This document shows, in pieces, positions 35,388 to 45,957 of a DNA stretch of 64,000 nt. Every line of letters begins with the position of its first letter. The stretch's first letter is position 1. The notes below the pieces were generated by a model. It was not told where the DNA came from. It saw nothing but the letters and a program-made list of their open reading frames with translations, and did no database searches. The DNA comes from an uncultured Verrucomicrobiae bacterium. GTDB lineage: Bacteria; Verrucomicrobiota; Verrucomicrobiia; Palsa-1439. The translations under genes were made by a program, and so were the position numbers. The stretch is from NCBI GenBank assembly GCA_963812605.1, contig CAWEWF010000014.1:736001-800000 (forward strand), read 5' to 3'.

Positions 35388-37337
35388 ATGGGACGTTATC
35401 TTGACATGATCAATAAGCCGGCCAACGTCAAGCTGCTCACGATGGAGCAACTGCAAACGCTGGCACAAGAAATCCGTGACGAACTGATCACGGTGTTGAG
35501 CAAAACCGGCGGCCATCTCGCGCCGAATCTCGGAGTGGTCGAACTGACCATCGCCTTGCACCGTGTCTTCGATTCTCCCAAAGACAAATTTGTCTGGGAC
35601 GTCAGCCATCAGGTGTATGTCCACAAGCTTTTGACCGGCCGGCGCGCGGCCTTTTCCAAGATTCGCCAGACCGGCGGCCCGATGGGGTTCGCCTTTCGCG
35701 CCGAGAGTCCCTACGATTGCTTTGGCGCCGGCCACGCCGGCACCGCGCTTTCCGCCGCGCTCGGGATGGCCGCCGCACGTGACCATGGCAAGACCGATGA
35801 GAACGTCGTCTGCATCGCGGGCGATGCCGCCCTCACCAATGGGATCACCTACGAGGCGCTCAACAACATCAAGGCCACTACCAAGCGTTTCATTGCCATC
35901 CTCAATGATAACGAGTGGAGCATCGCGAAGAACGTCGGCGCGATCGCCGAATACCTCAATCGCATCGTGCGGCATCCGTCTTACGCCGCGGCGCACAAGC
36001 GGATCGATCACTTTTTGGAGCGCTTCCCCCGCGTTGGTCCTGAACTGGCGCAAATCGGCCACAAGGTGGAAGAAGCTGTCAAAGGCATCATTGTCCCCAG
36101 CCTCCTGTTCGAGGAGTTTGGTCTCCGCTACATCGGCCCCATTGACGGGCATAACACCGCATTGCTCATCGAAACCCTGACCTGGGCCAAGCAACAAACG
36201 GTGCCCGTGCTCATACACATCCTCACCAAAAAGGGCAAAGGCTATGAGAAGGCCATCGAAGACCCGCAAACATTCCACGGTTGCGGACCCTTTGATGTCG
36301 CCACCGGTAAGTCCCCGCCGAAGAAGGATGGCGTGCCGCCCAGTTACCAGGATGTTTTTGCCGACGCGCTCGTGCGGTTCTGTGACGTAAACAGCAAGCT
36401 TGTGGGCATCACCGCCGCCATGCCCAGCGGCACCAGCCTCATCAAATTGCAGAAGGCGAAGCCCGACCGCTATTTTGACGTGGGCATCGCCGAGGAACAC
36501 GGGGTCATTTTTGCGGCGGGCATGGCGACCATGGGCTACCGTCCCGTCTGCGCGATCTATTCAACATTCCTCCAACGCGCCTACGATTGTATCATCCACG
36601 ATGTCGCGTTGCAGAACCTGGACGTGATCTTCGCGATGGATCGCGCCGGCCTTTCGGCCAACGACGGCCCAACCCATCATGGCGTCTTTGACATCGCCTA
36701 TGCGCGCTGCATACCGCGGGCCATTCTCATGGCGCCCAAGGACGAGGACGAATTTGTCGATATGCTGTGGACAGCGTTGCAGAACCACGGCCCCATTTTC
36801 GTCCGTTACCCGCGCGGCCCCGGTGAAGGTGTGCCCATCAAGGACCATCCGGCGATCCTGCCGCTTGGCAAAGCCGAGGTCTTGCAGCACGGCACCGACG
36901 TCGCGGTGATCTTCTATGGCGCCATGACCAAGGTGGCACGGGAAACGGTTGCCGCTTTGCAGGCCGACGGCTTGTCTGTTGCCCTGATCAATGCGCGCTT
37001 CTGTAAGCCCATGGACCGTGAGATAATTGAAAAATATGGTCGCATCTGCAAGGTCCTTTGCACCTTGGAAGACCATGTGCTGATGGGCGGGTTCGGCAGC
37101 GCAGTGCTGGAAACACTCGAAGACCTGCGAATCGACATCCCCGTCGCCCGCGTCGGTTGGCCCGATAATTTCATCGAGCACGCGTCCAGCAACAAAGATC
37201 TTCAGGACAAGTACGGCTTGAACTCCAAGACTGCGACTGCCAAGGTTAAGGAATTGCTCGCGGAATCCTCAGCCCAGCATGAGAAGCCCCAGCAATTCCG
37301 CGTGCTGGGCGCCGCCGCCACGGCGCGCACGGCATAA
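35388..37337 (+). CDS. dxs: 1-deoxy-D-xylulose-5-phosphate synthase
   Basis: GGHLAPNLGVVELT, WDVSHQ, FDVGIAEEH, YSTFLQRAYD. Confidence 0.96.
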   Translation: MGRYLDMINKPANVKLLTMEQLQTLAQEIRDELITVLSKTGGHLAPNLGVVELTIALHRVFDSPKDKFVWDVSHQVYVHKLLTGRRAAFSKIRQTGGPMGFAFRAESPYDCFGAGHAGTALSAALGMAAARDHGKTDENVVCIAGDAALTNGITYEALNNIKATTKRFIAILNDNEWSIAKNVGAIAEYLNRIVRHPSYAAAHKRIDHFLERFPRVGPELAQIGHKVEEAVKGIIVPSLLFEEFGLRYIGPIDGHNTALLIETLTWAKQQTVPVLIHILTKKGKGYEKAIEDPQTFHGCGPFDVATGKSPPKKDGVPPSYQDVFADALVRFCDVNSKLVGITAAMPSGTSLIKLQKAKPDRYFDVGIAEEHGVIFAAGMATMGYRPVCAIYSTFLQRAYDCIIHDVALQNLDVIFAMDRAGLSANDGPTHHGVFDIAYARCIPRAILMAPKDEDEFVDMLWTALQNHGPIFVRYPRGPGEGVPIKDHPAILPLGKAEVLQHGTDVAVIFYGAMTKVARETVAALQADGLSVALINARFCKPMDREIIEKYGRICKVLCTLEDHVLMGGFGSAVLETLEDLRIDIPVARVGWPDNFIEHASSNKDLQDKYGLNSKTATAKVKELLAESSAQHEKPQQFRVLGAAATARTA

Positions 37338-37379
37338 AAGGAGACTGAGCAGGATCATCGTGAGTTTGGGGACGCAACC

Positions 37380-38111
37380 ATGCGTGACCGTATCGATACC
37401 CAACTCGTCGCCCGTGGCCTGGCGGAAAGTCGCGAGAAAGCGAAGCGCTTCATTCTCGCGGGAGCAGTGCGCGTTAACGGCCAACTCGCCCACAAACCCA
37501 GCGACCTGGTCGCGGAAGATGCGGTGCTCCTTGTCGAGGCTGCGGAAAAATACGCAAGCCGCGGCGGCTTTAAGCTCGAAGCTGCCCTCGACGCGTTTTC
37601 CATCTCCTGCCGTGGCCTCGTTTGCGCCGATCTCGGCGCGTCCACCGGTGGCTTTACGGATTGTCTGCTCCAGCGTGACGCGGCGCGCGTGCACGCTGTC
37701 GATGTTGGCAAGGGCCAACTCGACTGGAGATTGCGCCGCGATCCGCGGGTCGTCGTGCATGACGGAGTCAATGTGCGCAACCTCACGGTGGCCACTCTTG
37801 GCGAATCCGTTGATCTTGCCACCATCGATGTTTCGTTCATCTCGTTGACCAAGGTGCTCCCTGCGGCTGTCGCCGTCCTCCAGGCCGGCGGCACGCTCGT
37901 AGCGCTTATTAAGCCCCAATTCGAAGCGGGAAAAAAGCTCGTGAAAAAAGGCGGTGTTGTGCGAGACTCGCGGGTGCACGAGGCTGTGACGAAGATGATC
38001 CAGGATTTTGCAACGGAAACGCTCGGGTTGACCCTGCGGGGAGTCACCGCGTCGCCCCTGCTCGGCCCGGCGGGTAACAAGGAATTTCTCATCGTGCTTC
38101 GCAAACCGTGA
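37380..38111 (+). CDS. tlyA: TlyA family rRNA methyltransferase
   Basis: S4 domain, YASRGGFKL, DLGASTGGFTD, LIKPQFE. Confidence 0.93.
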   Translation: MRDRIDTQLVARGLAESREKAKRFILAGAVRVNGQLAHKPSDLVAEDAVLLVEAAEKYASRGGFKLEAALDAFSISCRGLVCADLGASTGGFTDCLLQRDAARVHAVDVGKGQLDWRLRRDPRVVVHDGVNVRNLTVATLGESVDLATIDVSFISLTKVLPAAVAVLQAGGTLVALIKPQFEAGKKLVKKGGVVRDSRVHEAVTKMIQDFATETLGLTLRGVTASPLLGPAGNKEFLIVLRKP

Positions 38112-38986
38112 AACCGCACATTCCAAAGACCGTGGGCGTCGCTGCGCATGCCGGGAAACCGCAATCGCGCGACCGTTTGTTCGAATTGCTTGCCTTGCTC
38201 CACGAGGGCAAGGTCAATGTTCTCCTCGAACAGGAGGCGGCCGCCCTTGTGGCCAAACCGGACTCCGCGCACACCCTCAAGGACATGGGGAAAGTGGCCG
38301 ATCTCATTATCGTGCTCGGTGGCGATGGCACGATTCTTCGTGTCGCTCGTGAACTGGAAGGCTCCGCTACGCCGCTCCTGGGGGTGAACCTGGGTAATCT
38401 TGGGTTCCTCACCAGCGTTCGCGGGGATAAACTGGCTGGCGCGGTGCGTGAGGTCCTTCGCGGCGAGTATCAGGTCAGCGAGCGTCAGGCGCTGCAAGCT
38501 ACGTTAGTGCGCGCCGGCGAGCGCAAGCAAGCCTACCGGGCCCTCAATGATGTTGTGGTTTCCCGCGGCGCGGTCTCGCGTATCGTGCGCCTCCGATTAT
38601 CAATCGACGGCGAGTTGTTGACAGAATATGTATGCGACGGCATGATATTCGCCACGGCCACGGGTTCGACCGCGTATTCACTGAGCGCGGGCGGGCCAAT
38701 TATGGTGCCGACAGCACGGGCGCTGATTATCACGCCAATCTGTCCGCATGCCTTGAGCAACCGCTCCGTTATCGCCGGGGAGAACTCAGTGGTTCGTTGC
38801 CAGGTGGTGGGCGCGGCGGGTGAATTGCTGTTAACAGTGGATGGCCAGGTGCAATTGGGAATGGAAGTGGGTGACGAGGTGGAAGTTAGCCAGTCGCCGC
38901 AGACGGTCCAAATGGTCGCCCCAAAGAATCATACGTATTTTGAAGTCCTAAGAGAGAAATTGAAATGGAGTGGTGCAAATGTCTAA
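38108..38986 (+). CDS. nadK: NAD kinase
   Basis: GGDGTIL, NLGNLGFL, TATGSTAYSLSAGGP. Confidence 0.94.
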   Translation: MKPHIPKTVGVAAHAGKPQSRDRLFELLALLHEGKVNVLLEQEAAALVAKPDSAHTLKDMGKVADLIIVLGGDGTILRVARELEGSATPLLGVNLGNLGFLTSVRGDKLAGAVREVLRGEYQVSERQALQATLVRAGERKQAYRALNDVVVSRGAVSRIVRLRLSIDGELLTEYVCDGMIFATATGSTAYSLSAGGPIMVPTARALIITPICPHALSNRSVIAGENSVVRCQVVGAAGELLLTVDGQVQLGMEVGDEVEVSQSPQTVQMVAPKNHTYFEVLREKLKWSGANV

Positions 38987-39461
38987 AGGACCGAAGGCTT
39001 CTCCGTCAAAGATTGCGTCGCTGTTAAGCCCCGAGGCAATCCGACTGGAACTGCAGGCCAGCCAAAAAACTGAAGCCCTGCGCGAAGTGGCAGAATTGCT
39101 GGCGCAAAGCAAATGCGTCGGCAATTTCGAGGCGTTCTTCAATGAAATCCTGCAGCGCGAGCGTGTTAGCAACACCGCGCTCGGCCATGATGTCGCGATT
39201 CCCCACGCCCGTACGGACCAGTGTTCCGACATTCTGATCGCCGTGGGTCGCAGCCGCGGCGGGATTGATTTCGAAGCCAAGGACGGCCAACCCGTAAGGC
39301 TGATTTTCCTGATTGGCACGCCGAAGCAGATGGTGACCGATTACCTGCGGGTAGTAGGCACTCTCGCGCGTCTCTTACGGCAGGACGATCTGCGTCAGCG
39401 GCTGTTGGATGCATCCGATGCTGCTGGATTCATCAAGATCATCGAGGTGGCCGAGTCGTAA
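38979..39461 (+). CDS. PTS EIIA component (PtsN/fructose type)
   Basis: RERVSNTALGHDVAIPHAR. Confidence 0.88.
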   Translation: MSKGPKASPSKIASLLSPEAIRLELQASQKTEALREVAELLAQSKCVGNFEAFFNEILQRERVSNTALGHDVAIPHARTDQCSDILIAVGRSRGGIDFEAKDGQPVRLIFLIGTPKQMVTDYLRVVGTLARLLRQDDLRQRLLDASDAAGFIKIIEVAES

Positions 39462-39485
39462 CAAGAGACGTCGCATCCGTCCGCG

Positions 39486-40418
39486 TCAACTGTGCAGTGA
39501 GGCCAGGTAGCGCTCTGCATCGATCGCCGCAGCACAGCCCGTTCCGGCCGCCGTGACCGCCTGCCGGTACACACGGTCCACGCAGTCGCCGGCTGCGAAT
39601 ACACCCGGCACGTTCGTATACGTTCCCTTGTGGCAGAGAATGAACCCGTCGGCGTCCCTGTCAATTTGGCCCTTGAAAAGGCCGGTCGAGGGCACGTGGC
39701 CGATGGCTACAAACACGCCTGTGCATGGCAGTTCAGAAGTTACTCCCGTCTTGAGATTTTTGAGTTGCACACCAGTCACCATGTCCTTGCTGGAATCGTA
39801 AATGTCCGTAACCACCGTGTCCCACACCGGCTGAATCTTGGGGTTCGAGAGAGCGCGATCCGCCATGATCTTTGAGGCGCGAAGGCTATCGCGCCGGTGA
39901 ACCAGGTACACCTTCGACGCGAAGTGGGTCAGATAAGTTGCCTCCTCGCACGCGGAGTCTCCGCCCCCGACAACGACCAGGGTCTGTTTGCGAAACATGG
40001 GCAGGGCTCCATCGCACGTGGCGCAATACGTCACGCCCTTGCGCTCCAGCAACTCCTCGTTCTTCAGTCCCAGGTGCCGATGCGAAGCCCCAGTCGCGAT
40101 GATGACCGCCTTCGTTTCGATAACCTCGTCGTGCAGCCACAATCGGAATGGTGGCTTGCTGAAATCAACTTTTGTCACTGTCGTGCCGTAGCGCGTCTGT
40201 GTGCCGAAACGCTCCGCCTGTTTCTGCATTCCCATCATCAGTTCGGTGCCATCGATACCCTCGGGAAAGCCGGGATAGTTCTCGACAATACTCGTCGTGG
40301 TGAGCAATCCACCGGGCTGTTCGCCGGTGAGCAGGAGCGGGTGCAGATCTGCGCGCGCGGTGTACAGCGCCGCCGTCCAGCCAGCGCAACCCGAGCCAAT
40401 AATAACAACGTTTTCCAT
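39486..40418 (-). CDS. trxB: Thioredoxin reductase
   Basis: IIGSGCAG, CATCDG, GGGDSA, FAAGD. Confidence 0.94.
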   Translation of the reverse strand: MENVVIIGSGCAGWTAALYTARADLHPLLLTGEQPGGLLTTTSIVENYPGFPEGIDGTELMMGMQKQAERFGTQTRYGTTVTKVDFSKPPFRLWLHDEVIETKAVIIATGASHRHLGLKNEELLERKGVTYCATCDGALPMFRKQTLVVVGGGDSACEEATYLTHFASKVYLVHRRDSLRASKIMADRALSNPKIQPVWDTVVTDIYDSSKDMVTGVQLKNLKTGVTSELPCTGVFVAIGHVPSTGLFKGQIDRDADGFILCHKGTYTNVPGVFAAGDCVDRVYRQAVTAAGTGCAAAIDAERYLASLHS

Positions 40419-40478
40419 GTGCGGTTCCAATTTTCTCCGAGTAGGATGCTTCGGACAGGCGGCCGGTTGCAGCGACCA

Positions 40479-41102
40479 TCAAGACCGGCCGTGACCGTGT
40501 GGCGCGGCTGGCTTCACGCTGTCGCGGCGAACTTGCTCGGCCAGGATGATGGCGCGAGCCACCTCGACCAGTTTTCGATTCTCATTGCGGGCCGTTTTTT
40601 GCAGTTTGAGGTAGGCGGCTTCTTCGTCGATGCCCGTTTGCCGCATCAGGATGCCTTTGGCGCGTTCGACGATCTTGCGCGATTCCAGGGCCTCGTTCAT
40701 CTGTTGGATTTTTGCCTCCAGCTCCTTTGACTTCTCGAAATTCACCAGTGCCAACTCGATGGCGGGCTTGAGCTGTTCACCGGTGAACGGTTTGACGAGG
40801 TAGGCATTGGCCCCGGCGCCCGCAGCCTCGCTCCCGAGACCGGACTCGGTATGAGCACTGAGGATGATGATGGGCGTCGGTCGTTGGCTCTGGATCAATC
40901 GCGCAGCTTCCAAGCCATCCATTTTCGGCATGCGAATGTCTAGAATAACGAGGTCCGGACTGGTTGCACGCGCGAGGGCCACTGCCTGCTGGCCGTCACC
41001 AGCTTCGCCGACGACCGCATGTCCCATCGCCATGAGTATCTTTCTCACCACCATCAAAGTGAGGCCGTCATCATCGGCAATAAGGACTCGAAGAGATTTC
41101 AT
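40479..41102 (-). CDS. Receiver-ANTAR response regulator (PdtaR/EutV-like)
   Basis: REC domain (ADDD, LDIRMP, KPF) plus ANTAR RKIVERAKGILM...AYLKLQKTA. Confidence 0.9.
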   Translation of the reverse strand: MKSLRVLIADDDGLTLMVVRKILMAMGHAVVGEAGDGQQAVALARATSPDLVILDIRMPKMDGLEAARLIQSQRPTPIIILSAHTESGLGSEAAGAGANAYLVKPFTGEQLKPAIELALVNFEKSKELEAKIQQMNEALESRKIVERAKGILMRQTGIDEEAAYLKLQKTARNENRKLVEVARAIILAEQVRRDSVKPAAPHGHGRS

Positions 41103-41159
41103 TGTGGATCCCAACACCGTCGCTTCTCCGCTCTTATCTTAAGACGAGCCCTCTCAAAG

Positions 41160-43763
41160 TCAAGCCCGCGCCGCGACGAGTGTGGACGGGTTGCGCTCGG
41201 CCGGCCCCGGTCCGTGTAGTACCACCTCAAATCGCAGTTCGGCACAGACCCCACCATCGCGCGAGTGAATTTGCAGATCGCCGCGTAGATTCACTTGCGC
41301 CAATTGCGCCACGATATTCATCCCCTGCCCTTCGAATTCACGCCAGTCCTTGCCATCGCCAAGGCCACCGCCGTTGTCGGCCACCACCAAGTGCACCTGA
41401 CCTTCCTGCTGCCGGCATCGAATCTGGGTGCGCAACAGCTGTCCGACGGGAGGACGGCCATGAAGCAGAGTGTTGGAAACCAGTTCGTTGACAATCAGCG
41501 CCAGTGGTACGGCCTGGTCGGCCCCCAGCCACAACTGCTCTACCTCGACCGTCACCTCGGGCACTCCGCTTGTTCCCGGCGTGGAACTGACGAGCGTGTG
41601 GACAATGGTCGTGATTAACGTATGTAGGTCTACTTTCTCCGGCATCTCTTCGCTCAACAGGTTGTGCACTTGCGCAATTGCCTGGATTCGCGTAATCGCT
41701 GTCCGCAGGAATTCCGTTGTTGGTCCAACCTGGGCCGTGTCGGCTTCCAACTGCAATAATCCCGAGATCATCTGTAGGTTGTTCTTGATGCGGTGGTGCG
41801 CTTCCTCGATGAGCAACTGCAGAAGATGGTTCTTGCGGCCGAGATCCTTCAATAACTGCGCGTTGTCAATGGCCACAGCGGCCCGGCTCGCGAAAGCCTC
41901 CATGAGCTCGAGGTTGGCCGGCGTGAATTCCGCCGTGTCCGCGCCGTGCCTTGTCAGGCTCAGTGCGCCGATAAGTTCATTGCGGGAAATCAAGGGCACA
42001 ACCAGGGCCGAACGAACATCCGCCTCGCGCAGTACCGGACTATATCCATGCTCCACCACTTCCTGGCGCGTGAAGATTCGCCCCTGACGCCGCGGGCGAA
42101 TCTGCCCGAAGAGACCGAGTCTCGCCGGATACCGCATGCCGATGAGCCGCATGAAGTTGGCGCTGGCCGCGACGATCTGCGCCTGTTCGTCCGTCGCATC
42201 GTAATGGGAAATGTAGGCCGCGCCGGCCCCGAGCAGCGCCGCGGCGCGCTCCAGGATTCGTTGCAACAGTGGTTCCAGTTCAAGTTGCTGTGCGCTGCCA
42301 CTGCTGATATCCACCAGCGCGGTGAGCTTCTCGTTCTCACGGAGTTGCGTCTCGTACAACCTTGCGTTGGCCAGCGCGATGCCCAATTGGTTGCCCATGG
42401 CCGTGATCATCTCCACAACTTCAGGGGTAAACACAATCGGTTGGCGATTCACAAGCGCGAGTGTCCCCAGCAATTCCCCTTTCGCCTTCACCGGCACCAC
42501 GATGACCGCCCGGAAGCCGTGTGGCGCCGCCATCGATGGAACAGCGGGCGGGTGCACTGTCATGTCGCCGATCACCACCGCCTGTCCGGATGCCGCAACG
42601 TAGCCGGGCGTACCTTCGCCCCACTTCAGCACGCCGACTTCTTCGACAAACTTGTCGGGCAGTCCCATTTGCACGTACAGGCGCAGTTGCTGGATCTTCA
42701 GATCCGCGAGATAGATAGCGCCGCCATTCATGCCCGCGCTTTCCAAGGCGACCGCCAGGGTGTTGCGGGCAATCTCGTCGATATTCAGGGAAGAATTGGC
42801 CACCCCGGCCAATGCGGTGAGCGCCGCAAGCTGCCGATTGCGTCGGAGCAATTGCTGCTGACGCTGACGGGCCTGGGTAACGTCGCGGACGATGAACTGC
42901 AATTCGATCACGCGCTCTCCTTCACGTGAAAACACGCTGCCGCTGCACTGCAGGTCGATCCACAACCCATCCTTGCGATGAAACCGGTATTCGAGATTAT
43001 GAATGGCTTCCCCCCTCAGCAAGACGCTGAGTGCGCGCCTCACGGTCTCAATATCCTCCGGATGGATATATTCCAATAGACCCGTCCGCGCCACCTCGTA
43101 CAAGGCATAACCAAAGATCCGCGGAAAGGCGCTGTTGGCGAACCGCGGTCGTCCGGACGTGTCCGCGATATAGATCGCATCGTCGGAATTCTCGACCAGG
43201 GCCCGATATTGCTCTTCGCTCGCCCGCAGATCGGCCTGCAACTGCGCGTGGACCATCGCGTTGCCAATCTGGTTGCTGACCACTTCGATAAGATCCACGT
43301 CAGCCTCGTCGAACTTTCGCAACTTGTACGTGCCCAATCCCAGTAATCCAACCACGAACCCATGCGCCCGAATCGGCACCAGCACCGCCGAATGGAACCC
43401 GGCCCGCACGGCGTCGGAAGTGACCAGGCGCGCGTTCACAGTGAAGTCCTCAATGATCCGTGCCTCGCCATTCAGGACGGCATCGATGACCGGGGTGCCC
43501 TTGTGCAGCACGGTCACTTGACGGACGAACGCTTCGTTTAGCCCGCGCCACGCAAACATATGCAGAGCCTTGTCCGTGTCCTGCCAGATATACACCGCGC
43601 CCGCGTCCACTTTCATCACGGCCAGGATGGCATCGAGGGCATTGTCCGCAATTTCCTTGAGGTTGAGGGTGCGGTTGATGGCGTCGGCGACGAAATTGAT
43701 CGCCGTCAAGCGCGGGTCGCGCAAGGGCTTCGGCGGAGACGCGGTGGGATCAGGGAATTTCAT
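41160..43763 (-). CDS. GAF-PAS-GAF-GAF sensor kinase, HisKA_2 type (PdtaS-like)
   Basis: EAHHRIKNNLQMI, NELVSN, DNGGG. Confidence 0.88.
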   Translation of the reverse strand: MKFPDPTASPPKPLRDPRLTAINFVADAINRTLNLKEIADNALDAILAVMKVDAGAVYIWQDTDKALHMFAWRGLNEAFVRQVTVLHKGTPVIDAVLNGEARIIEDFTVNARLVTSDAVRAGFHSAVLVPIRAHGFVVGLLGLGTYKLRKFDEADVDLIEVVSNQIGNAMVHAQLQADLRASEEQYRALVENSDDAIYIADTSGRPRFANSAFPRIFGYALYEVARTGLLEYIHPEDIETVRRALSVLLRGEAIHNLEYRFHRKDGLWIDLQCSGSVFSREGERVIELQFIVRDVTQARQRQQQLLRRNRQLAALTALAGVANSSLNIDEIARNTLAVALESAGMNGGAIYLADLKIQQLRLYVQMGLPDKFVEEVGVLKWGEGTPGYVAASGQAVVIGDMTVHPPAVPSMAAPHGFRAVIVVPVKAKGELLGTLALVNRQPIVFTPEVVEMITAMGNQLGIALANARLYETQLRENEKLTALVDISSGSAQQLELEPLLQRILERAAALLGAGAAYISHYDATDEQAQIVAASANFMRLIGMRYPARLGLFGQIRPRRQGRIFTRQEVVEHGYSPVLREADVRSALVVPLISRNELIGALSLTRHGADTAEFTPANLELMEAFASRAAVAIDNAQLLKDLGRKNHLLQLLIEEAHHRIKNNLQMISGLLQLEADTAQVGPTTEFLRTAITRIQAIAQVHNLLSEEMPEKVDLHTLITTIVHTLVSSTPGTSGVPEVTVEVEQLWLGADQAVPLALIVNELVSNTLLHGRPPVGQLLRTQIRCRQQEGQVHLVVADNGGGLGDGKDWREFEGQGMNIVAQLAQVNLRGDLQIHSRDGGVCAELRFEVVLHGPGPAERNPSTLVAARA

Positions 43764-43841
43764 CGCAGCCGACCACACGACTACCTATAGCAGAAAAGCA
43801 GTGTCTTTTCACCAACTTCTCTTGATAGTATGGGATACCAT

Positions 43842-44222
43842 ATGAGCAATCCCGACAAACTGGAAGAGATTTTTCGCCTGCAGGAGCAACTCAACAAACG
43901 CATCGGCGTGGATACCGCCAACATGACTGACGAACAGCGCCAGCACTGGGTTCTCAACTATTGCCGCGCCATGACGCAGGAGGTCGCCGAATTGACGGAT
44001 AGCGTCCCGTGGAAGTGGTGGGCCAAGTACCAGAAGTTCGACAAACAGAATGCCCGTGTCGAAGTCATCGACCTCTTGCATTTTCTTGTTTCCATCGCCC
44101 AGGTCCTTGAGATGACCCCCGCTGACTTCTCAGAAGCATACGCCAAGAAACACCAGGTCAATCTCGCCCGACAGGACAGCGGCTATCAGATCAAAGACGA
44201 ACACGACAGCAAACACATTTGA
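43842..44222 (+). CDS. Dimeric all-alpha dUTPase-like protein
   Basis: QEVAEL, WKWW, VEVIDLLHF, VNLARQDSGY. Confidence 0.8.
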   Translation: MSNPDKLEEIFRLQEQLNKRIGVDTANMTDEQRQHWVLNYCRAMTQEVAELTDSVPWKWWAKYQKFDKQNARVEVIDLLHFLVSIAQVLEMTPADFSEAYAKKHQVNLARQDSGYQIKDEHDSKHI

Positions 44223-44295
44223 GGGAATCGCGCGTCGTGCTTGGAAATGACAACGGCTTCCCTTTTGAGGAAGCCGTGTCGGCGGTAATTCTTGC

Positions 44296-44784
44296 CTAAA
44301 AGCGTCCTAGGACTCCGCAGCGCCTTCTTTCTTCTTGCTGGGCGCCTTCTTTCGCCTTGGGAGCCTTCGCTTCTTTCGCCTTCGGCTCCTCGGTCTTGCC
44401 ACCCTTCTCCGGCTCGGGCGCGGCGGTAACGGTGCCGGTCCACTCGAGAATGGCTATCTCGGCGGCGTCACCCATGCGCTGGCCGATGCGCACGATGCGT
44501 GTATAGCCGCCGTTGCGATCGCCGTGCTGTTTCCCAAGCTCCGCAAAGAGCTTCTCGACGGCAGGCTTGTGCCGCAGAAACGCGATGGCCTGGCGACGGT
44601 GATGTAGCGAGCCTTTCTTGGCGAGCGTGATCATCTTGTCGGCATAACGACGCGCAACCTTGGCTTTGGCAATCGTGGTCCGGATCCGGCTGTGTTCAAT
44701 CAGGCTGCACACCAGGTTGGCCAGGGTGGCGCGCCGATGCTGGGATTTCATCCCGAGCTTGGCTGTACGTTTACGATGTCGCAT
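44296..44784 (-). CDS. rplQ: 50S ribosomal protein L17 (tail probably frameshifted; true stop about 44307)
   Basis: MRHRK...RNGGYTRI. Confidence 0.95.
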   Translation of the reverse strand: MRHRKRTAKLGMKSQHRRATLANLVCSLIEHSRIRTTIAKAKVARRYADKMITLAKKGSLHHRRQAIAFLRHKPAVEKLFAELGKQHGDRNGGYTRIVRIGQRMGDAAEIAILEWTGTVTAAPEPEKGGKTEEPKAKEAKAPKAKEGAQQEERRRCGVLGRF

Positions 44785-44814
44785 GGCGTTGGGTCCCTTG
44801 TGTCAATCTGACGG

Positions 44815-45864
44815 TTATTCCATCGCCGGTGCCGGGCCGGAAAGTACGGCCTCCACGCCCTTGTTTGGATCCACTGCCTCAAGCAGGGCCGCGTCGAACT
44901 TCATGCCCAGCGTCAGGCCCAGCGCGGAGAGCTTCTCCTTGATCTCATTCAGCGATTTCTTGCCGAAGTTGCGGTACTTGAGCATTTCCTGCTCGCTCTT
45001 CATGGCCAATTGACCAACGGTGGTGATGTTGGCATTGTTCAGGCAGTTGGCCGCCCGCACACTGAGCTCAATCTCGTTGACGCTCATGTTCAGGACCTTC
45101 TTCAGCTTCGCCTGTTCGGCGCTGACCTTCTCGCCCGCCTCTTCGAATTCAATCACAACGTTCTTGTCATAATCACAAAAGACGTCGAGATGATGGCGCA
45201 GGATGTTCGTCGATTGCACCATGGCATCTTCGGGGGTGATGCGGCCATCGGTCCAGACTTCGATGATCAACTTGTCATAATCCGTGCGCTGGCCAACACG
45301 CGTGTCTTCAATACTGTAGCGCACGCGACGCACCGGTGAAAATAACGAGTCGATGGCGATCACGCCGATCGTCTGTTCGGCCTTCTTGTTCTCTTCCGCC
45401 GGGCAAAAACCACGGCCGACTTTGATCTCCAGCTCGGCTTCGAAGTGCATCTTCTTGTCGATGGTGCAGATATGCTGCTCGGGATTGAGTACTTCCACGA
45501 CCTGGTCGCTTTTGATGTCCGCCGCCGTCACGGCGCCTTCCTTGTTGGCCGAAAGATAGACCACGTGCGCTTCGCGGCTGTGGGACTTCAACAACACCCT
45601 CTTCAGGTTAAGCACAATGTCGGTCACATCCTCAACGACCCCGGGAATGCTCGTGAACTCGTGCGGCGCGCCTTCGATTTTAACGGAACTGACGGCGGCG
45701 CCTTCCAACGAACTAAGCAGCACGCGGCGCAGCGAGTTGCCAATGGTATGGCCGTAGCCGGCTTCGAGCGGTTCGGCGATGAACTTGGCGTATGTGGGCG
45801 TGGCGGTGGCGTCATCGCGCACCAACCGTTTGGGCATTTCAAAACGACCTAGACGAACTGGCAT
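44815..45864 (-). CDS. rpoA: RNA polymerase alpha subunit
   Basis: GHTIGNSLRRVLLSS, LSVRAANCL, NFGKKSL. Confidence 0.97.
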   Translation of the reverse strand: MPVRLGRFEMPKRLVRDDATATPTYAKFIAEPLEAGYGHTIGNSLRRVLLSSLEGAAVSSVKIEGAPHEFTSIPGVVEDVTDIVLNLKRVLLKSHSREAHVVYLSANKEGAVTAADIKSDQVVEVLNPEQHICTIDKKMHFEAELEIKVGRGFCPAEENKKAEQTIGVIAIDSLFSPVRRVRYSIEDTRVGQRTDYDKLIIEVWTDGRITPEDAMVQSTNILRHHLDVFCDYDKNVVIEFEEAGEKVSAEQAKLKKVLNMSVNEIELSVRAANCLNNANITTVGQLAMKSEQEMLKYRNFGKKSLNEIKEKLSALGLTLGMKFDAALLEAVDPNKGVEAVLSGPAPAME

Positions 45865-45957
45865 GGTGAACTTCCTCCTGTGAGTCGGGTTTCCCGCGCC
45901 CTAGAAACGCGGACCAACGACTCGTTGTTGCGTCCGTTAAGCGGACGCCGGTTCTGG

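Noticed and set aside
45881-45950. Hairpins between rpsD and rpoA as a novel regulatory RNA
   Set aside because: Two short stems with no further support; ordinary mRNA stability or processing elements would explain them.
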